Source of the DNA: Candidatus Limnocylindria bacterium
GTDB lineage: Bacteria; Chloroflexota; Limnocylindria; Limnocylindrales; CSP1-4
DNA length: 52,188 nt
Assembly (NCBI GenBank): GCA_041491485.1
Contig: JBGPVC010000003.1
Span: forward strand, 1 to 52,188
Direction of reading: 5' to 3'
In this document: piece by piece, positions 37,522-46,364 of the stretch
Position numbering within the stretch: the stretch's first letter is position 1
Layout: each line of letters begins with the position of its first letter
The notes under the pieces: model-generated
What the model saw: the letters and a program-made list of their open reading frames with translations, nothing else
Told to the model about the DNA's origin: nothing
Database searches by the model: none
Program-made: the position numbers and the translations under genes

Positions 37522-39042
37522 ATGACCGAAGTGATCGCTCCGACCGCGGTGGAGACACCAACGTTCCGACACTTCATCGCCGGGGAGTGGTGCGACTCGA
37601 CCTCCGCCGCGACGTTCGAAAGCCGCAATCCGGCCGATGCACGCGACAGCGTCGGCCGGTTCCAGCAGGGCAGCGCGGCCGACGTGGCCATGGCGGTCCG
37701 GGCCGCCGCCGCGGCGCAGCCGATGTGGCAGCGGACGCCGGCCCCCAAGCGCGGCGAGATCCTCTACGCGTTCGGGGCGCTGATGGCGCAGCACAAGGAG
37801 CGACTGGCGCGGGCAATGACCCGCGAGATGGGCAAGGTGCTCGCCGAGGCCCGAGGCGATGTCCAGGAGGGGATCGACATCGCGTTCCTGATGGCCGGCG
37901 AAGGTCGCCGGATGGCCGGGGAGACCGTCCCGTCGGAGCTGCCCGACAAGTGGGCGATGAGCATTCGCCAGCCCCTCGGGATCGCCGGGATCATCACGCC
38001 GTGGAACTTCCCGATCGCGATTCCCTGCTGGAAGATGATGCCGGCCCTGGTCACGGGCAACGCCGTGGTCTTCAAGCCGTCGTCCGACACGCCGCATTGC
38101 GCCACGCTCCTGGTCGAGCTGATGGCCGAGGCCGGGTTCCCGCCCGGCGTCGTCAACCTCGTCACCGGCAGCGGCGCGGAGGTCGGCAATGCGATCGTCG
38201 ACACCCCGGACGTCGCGGTCGTGTCGTTCACCGGGAGCTCGACCACCGGCACGCAGATCGCGGAGCGGGCGGGGCGGCGGCTGAAGCGCCTGTCCCTCGA
38301 GCTTGGCGGCAAGAACGGCGTGGTCGTCCTCGCCGACGCGGACCTCGAACTGGCGACGGACGGAATCCTCTGGTCCGCCTTCGGGACGACCGGCCAACGG
38401 TGCACGGCCTGCTCGCGGGTGATCGTCGAACGGGCCGTCCTGGACCCGCTCCTCCAGCGTCTCGAAGCCCGGACGCGCGATCTGCGACTCGGCTCGGGAC
38501 TCGATCGTGACGTCGACGTTGGGCCCCTGATCAACGCCGGCGCGCTCGACAAGGTGTCGTCATACGTCGAGGTTGGCCGAGCGGAAGGCGAGCTCGTCAT
38601 CGGCGGCGGACGCGCCCTCGACCACCATCTTGCGCACGGCCATTTCTTCCAGCCGACGATCTTCTCGGGTGTCAAGCCGATGGATCGGATCGGCCAGGAG
38701 GAGATCTTCGGACCGGTGCTGTCGGTCATCCCGGTCGCCGACTATGGCGCGGCGGTGCTGGCCCTCAACCAGACCCGATATGGCCTCTCGTCGAGCATCT
38801 TCACCCGCGACGTGAACCAGGCCTTCCGGGCGATGCGCGACTTCGAGACCGGGATCGTCTACGTCAACGCCGGCACGACCGGCGCCGAGACCCACCTGCC
38901 GTTCGGTGGATGGAAGCAGACCGGCAACGGCCACCGCGAAGCCGGCCACGTCGCGCTCGACACCTATACCGAATGGAAGTCGATCTACGTCGACTTCAGC
39001 GGCCGGCTCCAGCGCGCCCAGATCGACAACCAGCCCGGCTGA
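37522..39042 (+). CDS. Aldehyde dehydrogenase family protein
   Basis: ITPWNFP, SFTGS, LELGGKN, GQRCTA, EEIFGPV, PFGGWK. ATG lies 7 nt after TACACT. Confidence 0.95.
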   Translation: MTEVIAPTAVETPTFRHFIAGEWCDSTSAATFESRNPADARDSVGRFQQGSAADVAMAVRAAAAAQPMWQRTPAPKRGEILYAFGALMAQHKERLARAMTREMGKVLAEARGDVQEGIDIAFLMAGEGRRMAGETVPSELPDKWAMSIRQPLGIAGIITPWNFPIAIPCWKMMPALVTGNAVVFKPSSDTPHCATLLVELMAEAGFPPGVVNLVTGSGAEVGNAIVDTPDVAVVSFTGSSTTGTQIAERAGRRLKRLSLELGGKNGVVVLADADLELATDGILWSAFGTTGQRCTACSRVIVERAVLDPLLQRLEARTRDLRLGSGLDRDVDVGPLINAGALDKVSSYVEVGRAEGELVIGGGRALDHHLAHGHFFQPTIFSGVKPMDRIGQEEIFGPVLSVIPVADYGAAVLALNQTRYGLSSSIFTRDVNQAFRAMRDFETGIVYVNAGTTGAETHLPFGGWKQTGNGHREAGHVALDTYTEWKSIYVDFSGRLQRAQIDNQPG

Positions 39043-39154
39043 GTCCGGCAATTCCGTTGCCGGACGACCGACCCGGGTATATGGTCAGGCGGGCGCGGGT
39101 TGCGTCCGATGGTCTGTGACTCGGCGACGGCCGAATGGCGAGAGGGAGTGAGTC

Positions 39155-40309
39155 ATGACCGCTGAACCGGCATCCCCTGCGTCAGCATCCCCGACGCCCG
39201 CCCGACGAGGTCTCGTGTCGACCCTTGCCGATCAGTTCGGCGTTCGCCAGATGCTCGCCGAGTACCTCATCCCGGTCGAGACGAACAACATCTTCTACCT
39301 GCTGGGGGGCGTCCTCGCGATCTCGCTCGGTCTCGAGATCTTCAGCGGGTTCCTGCTGTCCCTGGTCTACACGCCCGACGCGGGCCTGGCTTACGGGATC
39401 ACCCAGCATCTGCTCGCGACGCCCGGCTGGGCGCTCATCCTCAACTTCCACTTCTACAACTCCTACCTGATCTTCGGCCTGGTGATGATCCATATGGTTC
39501 GGGTGTTCATCACGGGCGGCTACCGGCGCGGGAAGGAGGGACTCTGGCTCGTCGGCGTTGGCCTGGCAGGCCTGACGTTCGTGATCTCCCTGACGGGCGA
39601 GGCGCTCCACTGGGATGAGGTCGGGTTCGGTGTCCCATGGAACGTCTCGGAGGTCCTCAACGCGGTGGGGCTGGCCGGCGCCTTCAACTACACGACGGAC
39701 ACCCTGCTGGCGATCCCGGCCGCGTCCGAGAAGCTGGCACAGATCTATGTCCTGCACATCTCGATCGTGCCGATCATCCTCGCGCTCTTCATCGGCTGGC
39801 ACTACCTGTTGATCCGGTTCAAGGGAATCTCGATGCCGTTCTGGCTCCGCGCGAGCGGTCGGACCGCCGGGTTCGGCGAGCACATCAAGGGCTGGATCAT
39901 CCTCGGCGCCGTGCTGATCGGGATCGTCGTGGTCATCTCGTTCGTGGTGCCGCGGGACGCGGGAACCGCTCCGCAGCTCATCTCGTCATCGCCGCTCTTC
40001 GGAACCGACGATGACCCGGGCGGGCTCGGATTCAAGCCGACGTATCCGATCAGCTGGACGCGCGGGATGAACATCGTTGCCGCGAATTTCGGGATCGACC
40101 CCGACATCTGGGGCACCGTCGCGGCGATCATCCTGATGGCCGTCGTGCTGCTGGTGATCCCGTTCGTCGATCGCAGCGACCACGAGCCCGGGAGCATCGC
40201 CGCCGCGTTCAACCTGCGCAAGCGTGGCTGGGCGTTCCTCGCGATGGGCGTCTTCTGGGTCCTGTTGATCGTAGGCGTCGTCCAGAGCGCGATCGCCGAG
40301 GCGGGCTGA
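39155..40309 (+). CDS. Cytochrome b/b6-like membrane protein
   Basis: FSGFLLSLVYTP; four heme-ligand His in NFHFY, MIHMVRVF, VLHIS and GWHYL; multiple TM segments. Confidence 0.88.
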   Translation: MTAEPASPASASPTPARRGLVSTLADQFGVRQMLAEYLIPVETNNIFYLLGGVLAISLGLEIFSGFLLSLVYTPDAGLAYGITQHLLATPGWALILNFHFYNSYLIFGLVMIHMVRVFITGGYRRGKEGLWLVGVGLAGLTFVISLTGEALHWDEVGFGVPWNVSEVLNAVGLAGAFNYTTDTLLAIPAASEKLAQIYVLHISIVPIILALFIGWHYLLIRFKGISMPFWLRASGRTAGFGEHIKGWIILGAVLIGIVVVISFVVPRDAGTAPQLISSSPLFGTDDDPGGLGFKPTYPISWTRGMNIVAANFGIDPDIWGTVAAIILMAVVLLVIPFVDRSDHEPGSIAAAFNLRKRGWAFLAMGVFWVLLIVGVVQSAIAEAG

Positions 40310-40342
40310 CCACAGCCTGGATCCTGTCCGGGAGGACGCGCC

Positions 40343-40702
40343 ATCGTCACGCAACTCCACACCTGGCTCGCGTTCGCGAGCGCGCTGGTGATCGTGCTGG
40401 CGGGAGTGGAGGCTGGCTGGCGCGCGTGGCGCCGCTCGCCGCCCGGCGACGTGGCCGATCGGCTCGATGGAATCCTGTTGCTCGTGCTGGTGGTCGCGAT
40501 CGCCGGCGGACTCGGTCTGCTGGCCGGCGGAGCACGCCCCCGCGAGCTGCTCCACTTCGTGTACGCAATCGTGGTGCTCAGTGCCCTGCCAATCGCCGGA
40601 GCGCTGACGAAGGAGGCGTCGCCTCGAGCAGGTGGGCTCGCCCGCGTCGCCGGTGCGATCGTCGCGCTGGTCGTGGTCGTTCGCCTGTTTGGGACCGGCT
40701 AG
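40343..40702 (+). CDS. Small 4-TM membrane protein
   Basis: Hydrophobic helices and LHFVYAIV. The frame extends upstream of GTG 40388 to ATC 40343, 7 nt after GGAGG; start uncertain. Confidence 0.65.
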   Translation: MVTQLHTWLAFASALVIVLAGVEAGWRAWRRSPPGDVADRLDGILLLVLVVAIAGGLGLLAGGARPRELLHFVYAIVVLSALPIAGALTKEASPRAGGLARVAGAIVALVVVVRLFGTG

Positions 40703-40741
40703 CGCCCATCGCTCGAACGCTCCGCCATCGACGGCCGGGGC

Positions 40742-41227
40742 TCAGCCGACGCCGAGGGACGTCTCGAGCCGATCGATGAACGGGATCTGTGCCGGCTTGA
40801 GCCGCCGGCGTGCCTCCCGGACGTCGAACCACTCGACGCGATCGATCTCCGGGAAGTCCTGGAAGCGACCGGACCTCGGCGGCCACTCCATCGAGAAGGT
40901 GTTGCTGGATGCCGTTTCCGGGTCGAGATCGCCCTCCACGGCCCAGGCCACCACGGTCTTGCCCGACTTCTGGGTGATCTCGCCGAGCGGCCGGTCGGCG
41001 CTGACGTCGAGTTCGGCGCCGGTTTCTTCGGCGAACTCACGACGGGCCACGTCGATCCACGCCTCGCCCGGTTCGACCTCGCCCTTCGGGATCGTCCAGT
41101 GACCGAGGTCCTTGTTCGTCCAGTACGGCCCGCCCTGGTGGGCGAGCAGGAGCTCGAGCTGGCCCGCAGTGCGGCGGTAGAGCAGGATTCCGGCGCTGAC
41201 GACGCCGGCCTTCATTTGACGGACCAC
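40742..41227 (-). CDS. NUDIX domain protein
   Basis: SAGILLYR, WTIPKGE..ARREFAEETG, FPEIDRVEWF. GTG 41227 lies 7 nt after TACCCT; ATG 41215 is an alternative start. Confidence 0.9.
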   Translation of the reverse strand: MVRQMKAGVVSAGILLYRRTAGQLELLLAHQGGPYWTNKDLGHWTIPKGEVEPGEAWIDVARREFAEETGAELDVSADRPLGEITQKSGKTVVAWAVEGDLDPETASSNTFSMEWPPRSGRFQDFPEIDRVEWFDVREARRRLKPAQIPFIDRLETSLGVG

Positions 41228-41332
41228 GATCACGAGGGTACCGCGTGGTGACGGAGATCGCGGGCCCACCGCTCTCAGGATTGCCCAAGGATTCGGGCGT
41301 ATCGTGATTCCCAATCGTCAGGAGGGGACTCG

Positions 41333-41653
41333 ATGTATCACGGCGGTTGGTATCCATTTGCCGGGGGCTGGTTGATCGGCCTGCTGGTGTTCGCGGCGTT
41401 CGTCGTGCTGATCGCCTGGGGGATCGCCTGGATCTTCCGGCGCGATTCGCGCCAGTACGGAGCACCACCGCCCCCTTCGACCATGCCGCCGATGCCACCA
41501 CGGTCCGACCCGGCGCTCCAGATTCTGCGAGAGCGTTTTGCCCGCGGCGAGATCAGCGAGGCCGAATACCTTGCGGCCAGCCGAGTCCTCGGGGCACCTG
41601 AACCGCCGCACGGCTCGCCGACGGACCGTTCGCCGGGACCACCGACCCCCTGA
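41333..41653 (+). CDS. SHOCT domain membrane protein
   Basis: One TM segment followed by ALQILRERFARGEISEAEY; AGGAGG SD. Confidence 0.85.
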   Translation: MYHGGWYPFAGGWLIGLLVFAAFVVLIAWGIAWIFRRDSRQYGAPPPPSTMPPMPPRSDPALQILRERFARGEISEAEYLAASRVLGAPEPPHGSPTDRSPGPPTP

Positions 41654-41765
41654 GCGAACGCCTGGCGTCGCGCCCGTTGGGCGCCGGGTAGCGAAGCGGC
41701 GCGCTTTCGGTAAAGCTTCGTTCAGGGTCGAACCGGAGACGCCGTTCGTTGGCTAGGGTGCGGCC

Positions 41766-42896
41766 ATGCACGTGAACGTCGCCTCCTCCACGACCGCGGC
41801 CAGGCTCGCCATGGCGGTCGCGATCGTCTCGGCGTTTGTCGGTGCCTGCGGCCCCTCGACGAATTCGGCCGCTCCCACGCCATCGACCGCGTCAGCGGCG
41901 ATCTCGCCGACGTCCGCTGCGCCGCGGAATGGGTTGGGCTCCCATGGCGTCACGAGCCGGCCGGCCTCACCGCCGCTCACCGCCGCCACCGGCACGGACA
42001 TCGGTCGCTTCCCGGGCGGCCTGCTGATCGCCGACCGCGGCAACGGGCGGCTCCTGGTCGTTTCCTCGACGGGCACGCCACTCTGGCGATTCCCGACGAC
42101 GGGAAGCCTGCCGAGCGGTCAGGGCTTCGCCGCGGACGATGCGTTCCTAGCGCCGGACGGCAAGTCGATCGTCGCCAACGACGAGGGACACCAAGTCATC
42201 GACCGGATCGACATCGCGACGCGGAAGATCGTCTGGCAGTACGGCCATTACGGCACGCCCGGGCGAGGGCCCGGGTACCTGAACACGCCGGACGATGCCT
42301 ATCCGCTGGCCAACGGTGACGTGGTGGTCGCCGACATCCGCAACTGTCGCGTGATCGAGATCGCGCCGAGCAAGCAGATCGTCCGGCAGTGGGGAAAGAC
42401 CGGCGTGTGTGTCGCCTCGGCACCGAATGCGTACGCGTCGCCAAATGGCGACACGCCGCTGCCCGACGGCGGCCTCCTCATCACCGAGATCCACGGCTCG
42501 CGTGTCGTGCGGCTCTCGGCGACCGGCAAGGTCATCTTCGACATCCATGTTCCGGTTGCCTATCCGTCCGACGCGCATCTCGATGCCCAGGGCAACGTGG
42601 TTGTCGCCGACTACAGCACCATCGGGGCGGTCGTGGCCGTGACCCCGCGCGGTCATCTCCTCTGGCGTTATGCGCCCACGACCGGGAACGGACGGCTCAA
42701 CCATCCGAGCCTCGCGGTCCCGATGCCCGACGGCACCGTCGTGATCAACGACGATTTCCGGGCGCGGGTCGTCGTGATCGATCCCAGGACGATGCGGATC
42801 GTCTGGCAATACGGGCGGACCGGGGTTCCCGGCCGCGGGCCGAACCAGCTCTCGGATCCGGACGGCGTCGACCCCTTGCCGGCGACCGGCCTGTAG
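41766..42896 (+). CDS. Secreted beta-propeller (NHL/PQQ-like repeat) lipoprotein
   Basis: Lipobox-like VGAC; repeats of L.xP.DA..L.G.VVVAD..N.RVIEI..IVWQYG. Confidence 0.8.
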   Translation: MHVNVASSTTAARLAMAVAIVSAFVGACGPSTNSAAPTPSTASAAISPTSAAPRNGLGSHGVTSRPASPPLTAATGTDIGRFPGGLLIADRGNGRLLVVSSTGTPLWRFPTTGSLPSGQGFAADDAFLAPDGKSIVANDEGHQVIDRIDIATRKIVWQYGHYGTPGRGPGYLNTPDDAYPLANGDVVVADIRNCRVIEIAPSKQIVRQWGKTGVCVASAPNAYASPNGDTPLPDGGLLITEIHGSRVVRLSATGKVIFDIHVPVAYPSDAHLDAQGNVVVADYSTIGAVVAVTPRGHLLWRYAPTTGNGRLNHPSLAVPMPDGTVVINDDFRARVVVIDPRTMRIVWQYGRTGVPGRGPNQLSDPDGVDPLPATGL

Positions 42897-42911
42897 CTCC
42901 TGACCGATACG

Positions 42912-43961
42912 ATGGGCCGCCGTCATCTTGGTTGTCTGCTCGGCGCCGCGCTGCTCACCACCGCCGGCTGCGGCTCCGCGGTTGGTGCCGCGACCGTGCC
43001 ACAGGCGCCTCAGCGACCTGCGGCCGCCGCGCTCGTCGCGCCATCCCCGACAGCGTCGGTCGGGAAGGGGTTGGTCGACGCGGGTACCCGAACGTCCAGT
43101 GGCGTCGTTGCGCCGCCGATGGCCCTGGTCGTCAGCCGCAGTTCGCTCCACCTGCCAGTACCGACCACCCGCGCCGTCGCCTTCGCGACCGATTCGAGCC
43201 TCATCATCGCGGGCGGCCTCACGTCGAGCGGGACCACGGGTCGCGTGGTCCGCATCCCGATCGACGGGCAGCCGGCCTCGACGGTCGGCCGCCTCGCGCA
43301 CCCGGTCCACGACGCCGCGGGCGTCCAGCTTCTCGGGTCGATGCTGGTGCTGGGCGGTGGAGCCAGCACCCAGGACGCCTGGGTGCAGCGCGTCGTGGCC
43401 GGCGCCAGGAGCGACGTGCCCGGACAGCTCCCCGTGTCGCGTGCGGATCTCGGCGCGGTCGTCGTCGGGTCGGAGGCCATCGTCGTCGGCGGTGGCGCGT
43501 CTGGGCGAGCCGACCCACGCGTGCTGGCCACGAGCGACGGGATCCACTTCCGGGTGGTGGCGCGCTTGCCCGTTCCAGTCCGATACGCCGCCGTCGCCGC
43601 CGTCGGTAACACGGTGATCGTCGTCGGTGGCACGTCGTCGGCAGGCGACGTCGCGCTCATCCAGGCAGTCGATCTCCGGCGCGGCACGGTCGCCGTGGTG
43701 GGTCGGTTGCCGCAATCGCTGTCCCACGCGACGCCGCTGGTCATCGGCGGGGTCGTGGTGGTTGCCGGGGGCCGGCATGACGGCCGGGTGCTCGACCGCC
43801 TCCTCGAGGTCGACCCGGCGACGTTCAGCGTGCGGATCGCAGGACGTCTGCCGGGCGCCCGGTCGGATGCCGCGGGCGTCGTGGTCGACGGCGTCGGGTA
43901 TCTCGTGGGTGGCGAGGCGGCCCACCCGCTGGCGGCGATCACGACCATCGCGGTCTCTTGA
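42912..43961 (+). CDS. Kelch-repeat lipoprotein
   Basis: MGRRHL..TTAGC signal; about six repeats of LP..R..A...V..(V/L)GG. Confidence 0.8.
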   Translation: MGRRHLGCLLGAALLTTAGCGSAVGAATVPQAPQRPAAAALVAPSPTASVGKGLVDAGTRTSSGVVAPPMALVVSRSSLHLPVPTTRAVAFATDSSLIIAGGLTSSGTTGRVVRIPIDGQPASTVGRLAHPVHDAAGVQLLGSMLVLGGGASTQDAWVQRVVAGARSDVPGQLPVSRADLGAVVVGSEAIVVGGGASGRADPRVLATSDGIHFRVVARLPVPVRYAAVAAVGNTVIVVGGTSSAGDVALIQAVDLRRGTVAVVGRLPQSLSHATPLVIGGVVVVAGGRHDGRVLDRLLEVDPATFSVRIAGRLPGARSDAAGVVVDGVGYLVGGEAAHPLAAITTIAVS

Positions 43962-44030
43962 TGGACCGCTTGGTCCGATACCGCTTTTCGCACTCCAGGA
44001 CATCCATCGGATCGGTTTGAAGGAGGCCGC

Positions 44031-44210
44031 ATGGGCGCCGTGTCGCCAACGCATCTGATCATCGTTCTCGTCGTGGCCCTGCTGATCCTCGGCCCTGGCA
44101 AGCTCCCCGAGACCGGCGAGGCGCTCGGCAAGGCGGTCCGCGAGCTTCGCCGCGCCATGGCCGACGAACCGACGGGCACGCACGGGGGCGCCGCTACTCC
44201 CGAGTCGTAG
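44031..44210 (+). CDS. tatA: Twin-arginine translocase TatA/TatE subunit (59 aa, not in the ORF track)
   Basis: Hand translation MGAVSPTHLIIVLVVALLILGPGKLPETGEALGKAVRELRRAMADEPTGTHGGAATPES; AAGGAGG SD. Confidence 0.9.
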   Translation: MGAVSPTHLIIVLVVALLILGPGKLPETGEALGKAVRELRRAMADEPTGTHGGAATPES

Positions 44211-44269
44211 CCTCGATCAGAAGACGCCCACCGTCACCACCCCCGATGCGGGGTGGGGAGGAGACAGGT

Positions 44270-45859
44270 TTGGACCGCCGCGCGTTCCTGATTGCGTCCG
44301 GCCGCGTGGGCCTCGTCGCCGGCGCGGGCGCGCTCGGTTTGGCCGTGTCGCAAGCCCTCTCGCCGATGGCGCCCGCCAAGCGTCGTGCGTTGACCGCGAC
44401 CCTGATCCAGCCCTCGTCCGTCCCAGGAGTTGTCAGCGCGAGGTTGGGCCCTGCCGGCAACACCATCCAGCACGCGAATGCCGTCCGGCGGGAGAATGCC
44501 CTTCGCGGTACGGACGGCTGGTTGATCGGCGGGGTGCCCGCGACGATCGAGGGGTACCTCGATCGGGCGTCGGCGGCACCCGGGGATCCGCTGTCCCTCC
44601 ACGTGGATGCTCGCACGCCGTTCGACGTCGAGTGGTATCGACTTGGCTGGTATGGCGGCCTGGGTGGCCGCCTCGTGCGCGTCGATCCCGGGCTTCCGGC
44701 AACGCCCGGACAGGCCCCGCAACTCGACCTGCCGACGGGCCGGGCCGAGGCGCCCTGGCACCCATCGCTCGAGCTCCAGGTCCCATCGGACTGGCCGAGC
44801 GGCATGTACACGGCGGTCCTTCGTCCGCGCGTCGGCAACCCTGGCTATGTGCCGTTGATCGTTCGACGAGCCCCGTCCGGTCCGGCCCCGGTGCTGTTCG
44901 TCAGTGCCGCGCTGACCTGGCAGGCCTACAACACCTGGGGTGGGGCGAACCTGTACGACGCGAGCATGGCCGACTCGCCCGAGATCTCGAGCGGCCGTCG
45001 AGCGGTGCAGGTGAGCTTCGATCGCCCGTACGCCCTGCACCAGGGCGCCGGCTACCAGCAGCGTTGGGAGCTCCAGTTCGTTCACTGGCAGGAGCGCGAG
45101 GGCGCCGACGTCGACTACGCCGCGGACTTCGATCTCGAGCTCGACCCCGGGATCCTCAACGATCGCCGGCTGGTGGTGTTCGCCGGCCACCACGAGTACT
45201 GGTCGCGACCGATGCGGAATGCACTCGAAGCGGCGGTCGCCTCGGGCACGAACGTGCTCTTCCTGTCGGCGAACGAGGTTTACTGGCAGGTGCGACTGGA
45301 AGCGTCTCCGCTGGGTCCGGCCCGCCGCGTGACGTGCTACAAATCCGCCCGTCTCGATCCCGTCGCGCTGACGCAGCCCGAACTGACGACGTGCCGGTGG
45401 CGCGAGCGACCGGTCAACGATCCGGAGGCGCCACTCATCGGGCAGATGTACGGCCACATCGTGCGGCGACCGGGGGACTGGATCGCGGCCGCCACGGATC
45501 ACTGGCTGTACGAGGGGACGGGGATCCGGGATGGCGATCGGCTGGTCAACCTCGTCGGGCAGGAGTACGACTCGTACTTCCCGGATCTTGGGCACCAGGG
45601 CACGGTCATCCTCGCTCGCAGCCCCATCGACGCGGCCATTCGCTCCGATCAGGTGATCGGACGCTACGCGAGCCCGGCGGTGCACACCGCGACGATGTAC
45701 ACGGCGAGCTCGGGGGCGACCGTGTTCGCCGCCGGGACGTTCCAGTGGTCCTGGGCGGTCGACCAGTTCGGCGATCGGTCGTATCGAGGCTACGCGACTC
45801 CGTACGATGAGCGGGTCGTTCGGATGACGCAGAACCTGTTCGACCGGCTTGGGGGTTGA
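44270..45859 (+). CDS. Tat-exported protein with N,N-dimethylformamidase beta-subunit-like domain
   Basis: DRRAFL twin-arginine signal; ENALRGT..W, YRLGWYGG, TWQAYNTWGG, VSFDRPY, GHHEYWS, VFAAGTFQWSW. TTG 44270 follows GAGGAG; ATG 44246 is an alternative start. Confidence 0.8.
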   Translation: MDRRAFLIASGRVGLVAGAGALGLAVSQALSPMAPAKRRALTATLIQPSSVPGVVSARLGPAGNTIQHANAVRRENALRGTDGWLIGGVPATIEGYLDRASAAPGDPLSLHVDARTPFDVEWYRLGWYGGLGGRLVRVDPGLPATPGQAPQLDLPTGRAEAPWHPSLELQVPSDWPSGMYTAVLRPRVGNPGYVPLIVRRAPSGPAPVLFVSAALTWQAYNTWGGANLYDASMADSPEISSGRRAVQVSFDRPYALHQGAGYQQRWELQFVHWQEREGADVDYAADFDLELDPGILNDRRLVVFAGHHEYWSRPMRNALEAAVASGTNVLFLSANEVYWQVRLEASPLGPARRVTCYKSARLDPVALTQPELTTCRWRERPVNDPEAPLIGQMYGHIVRRPGDWIAAATDHWLYEGTGIRDGDRLVNLVGQEYDSYFPDLGHQGTVILARSPIDAAIRSDQVIGRYASPAVHTATMYTASSGATVFAAGTFQWSWAVDQFGDRSYRGYATPYDERVVRMTQNLFDRLGG

Positions 45860-45877
45860 GCGAGGGCGCTTCGCCGC

Positions 45878-45950
45878 GCCACCAACTCGGCGCGAGCCGC
45901 CGGATCGGCTGGGAGCCACCAACCGGCGCGATCCGCCGGATCGGCTGGGA
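45878..45950. repeat. 36-37 bp direct tandem duplication upstream of the tRNA promoter
   Basis: GCCACCAACTCGGCGCGAGCCGCCGGATCGGCTGGGA followed by GCCACCAACCGGCGCGATCCGCCGGATCGGCTGGGA. Confidence 0.75.
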
Positions 45951-45982
45951 GCCGCCGGCTGCGGTATCATCCCCGGGCTCGT

Positions 45983-46057
<75 letters not shown>

Positions 46058-46074
46058 GACTTCCGCGAGCGAGA

Positions 46075-46096
46075 CGACCCCCGGACCGGAGGGTCG
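46075..46096 (+). terminator. Hairpin downstream of the tRNA
   Basis: CGACCC..CGG pairs with CCG..GGGTCG. Confidence 0.5.
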
Positions 46097-46364
46097 CGTT
46101 CCATTCGGGGGCCGTTCGCCACCAGGCTGGGAACCGCGCTCCGTGGCGTCGACTCCGGTCGGTGGAACGCCTGGCGAGTCATCCTCGGGCCATGGCCGAG
46201 CGTACGGACCTCGGGAGCGCCGGTCACCCCGGGGGACGCCGATGTCGGCTGCTGTCCCGAGGTCCTTGCCGGGAGAAACGCGCAACCACACGAATCGTTA
46301 GGCCATGAGGCCCTCGGCGTTTCCTGACGATTGGTGGTGAGCCCGCCGCGCCGGCGGCATTCGG

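Noticed and set aside
45878-45950. 36-37 bp repeats as a CRISPR array
   Set aside because: The length is CRISPR-like, but there are only two abutting copies and no spacer.
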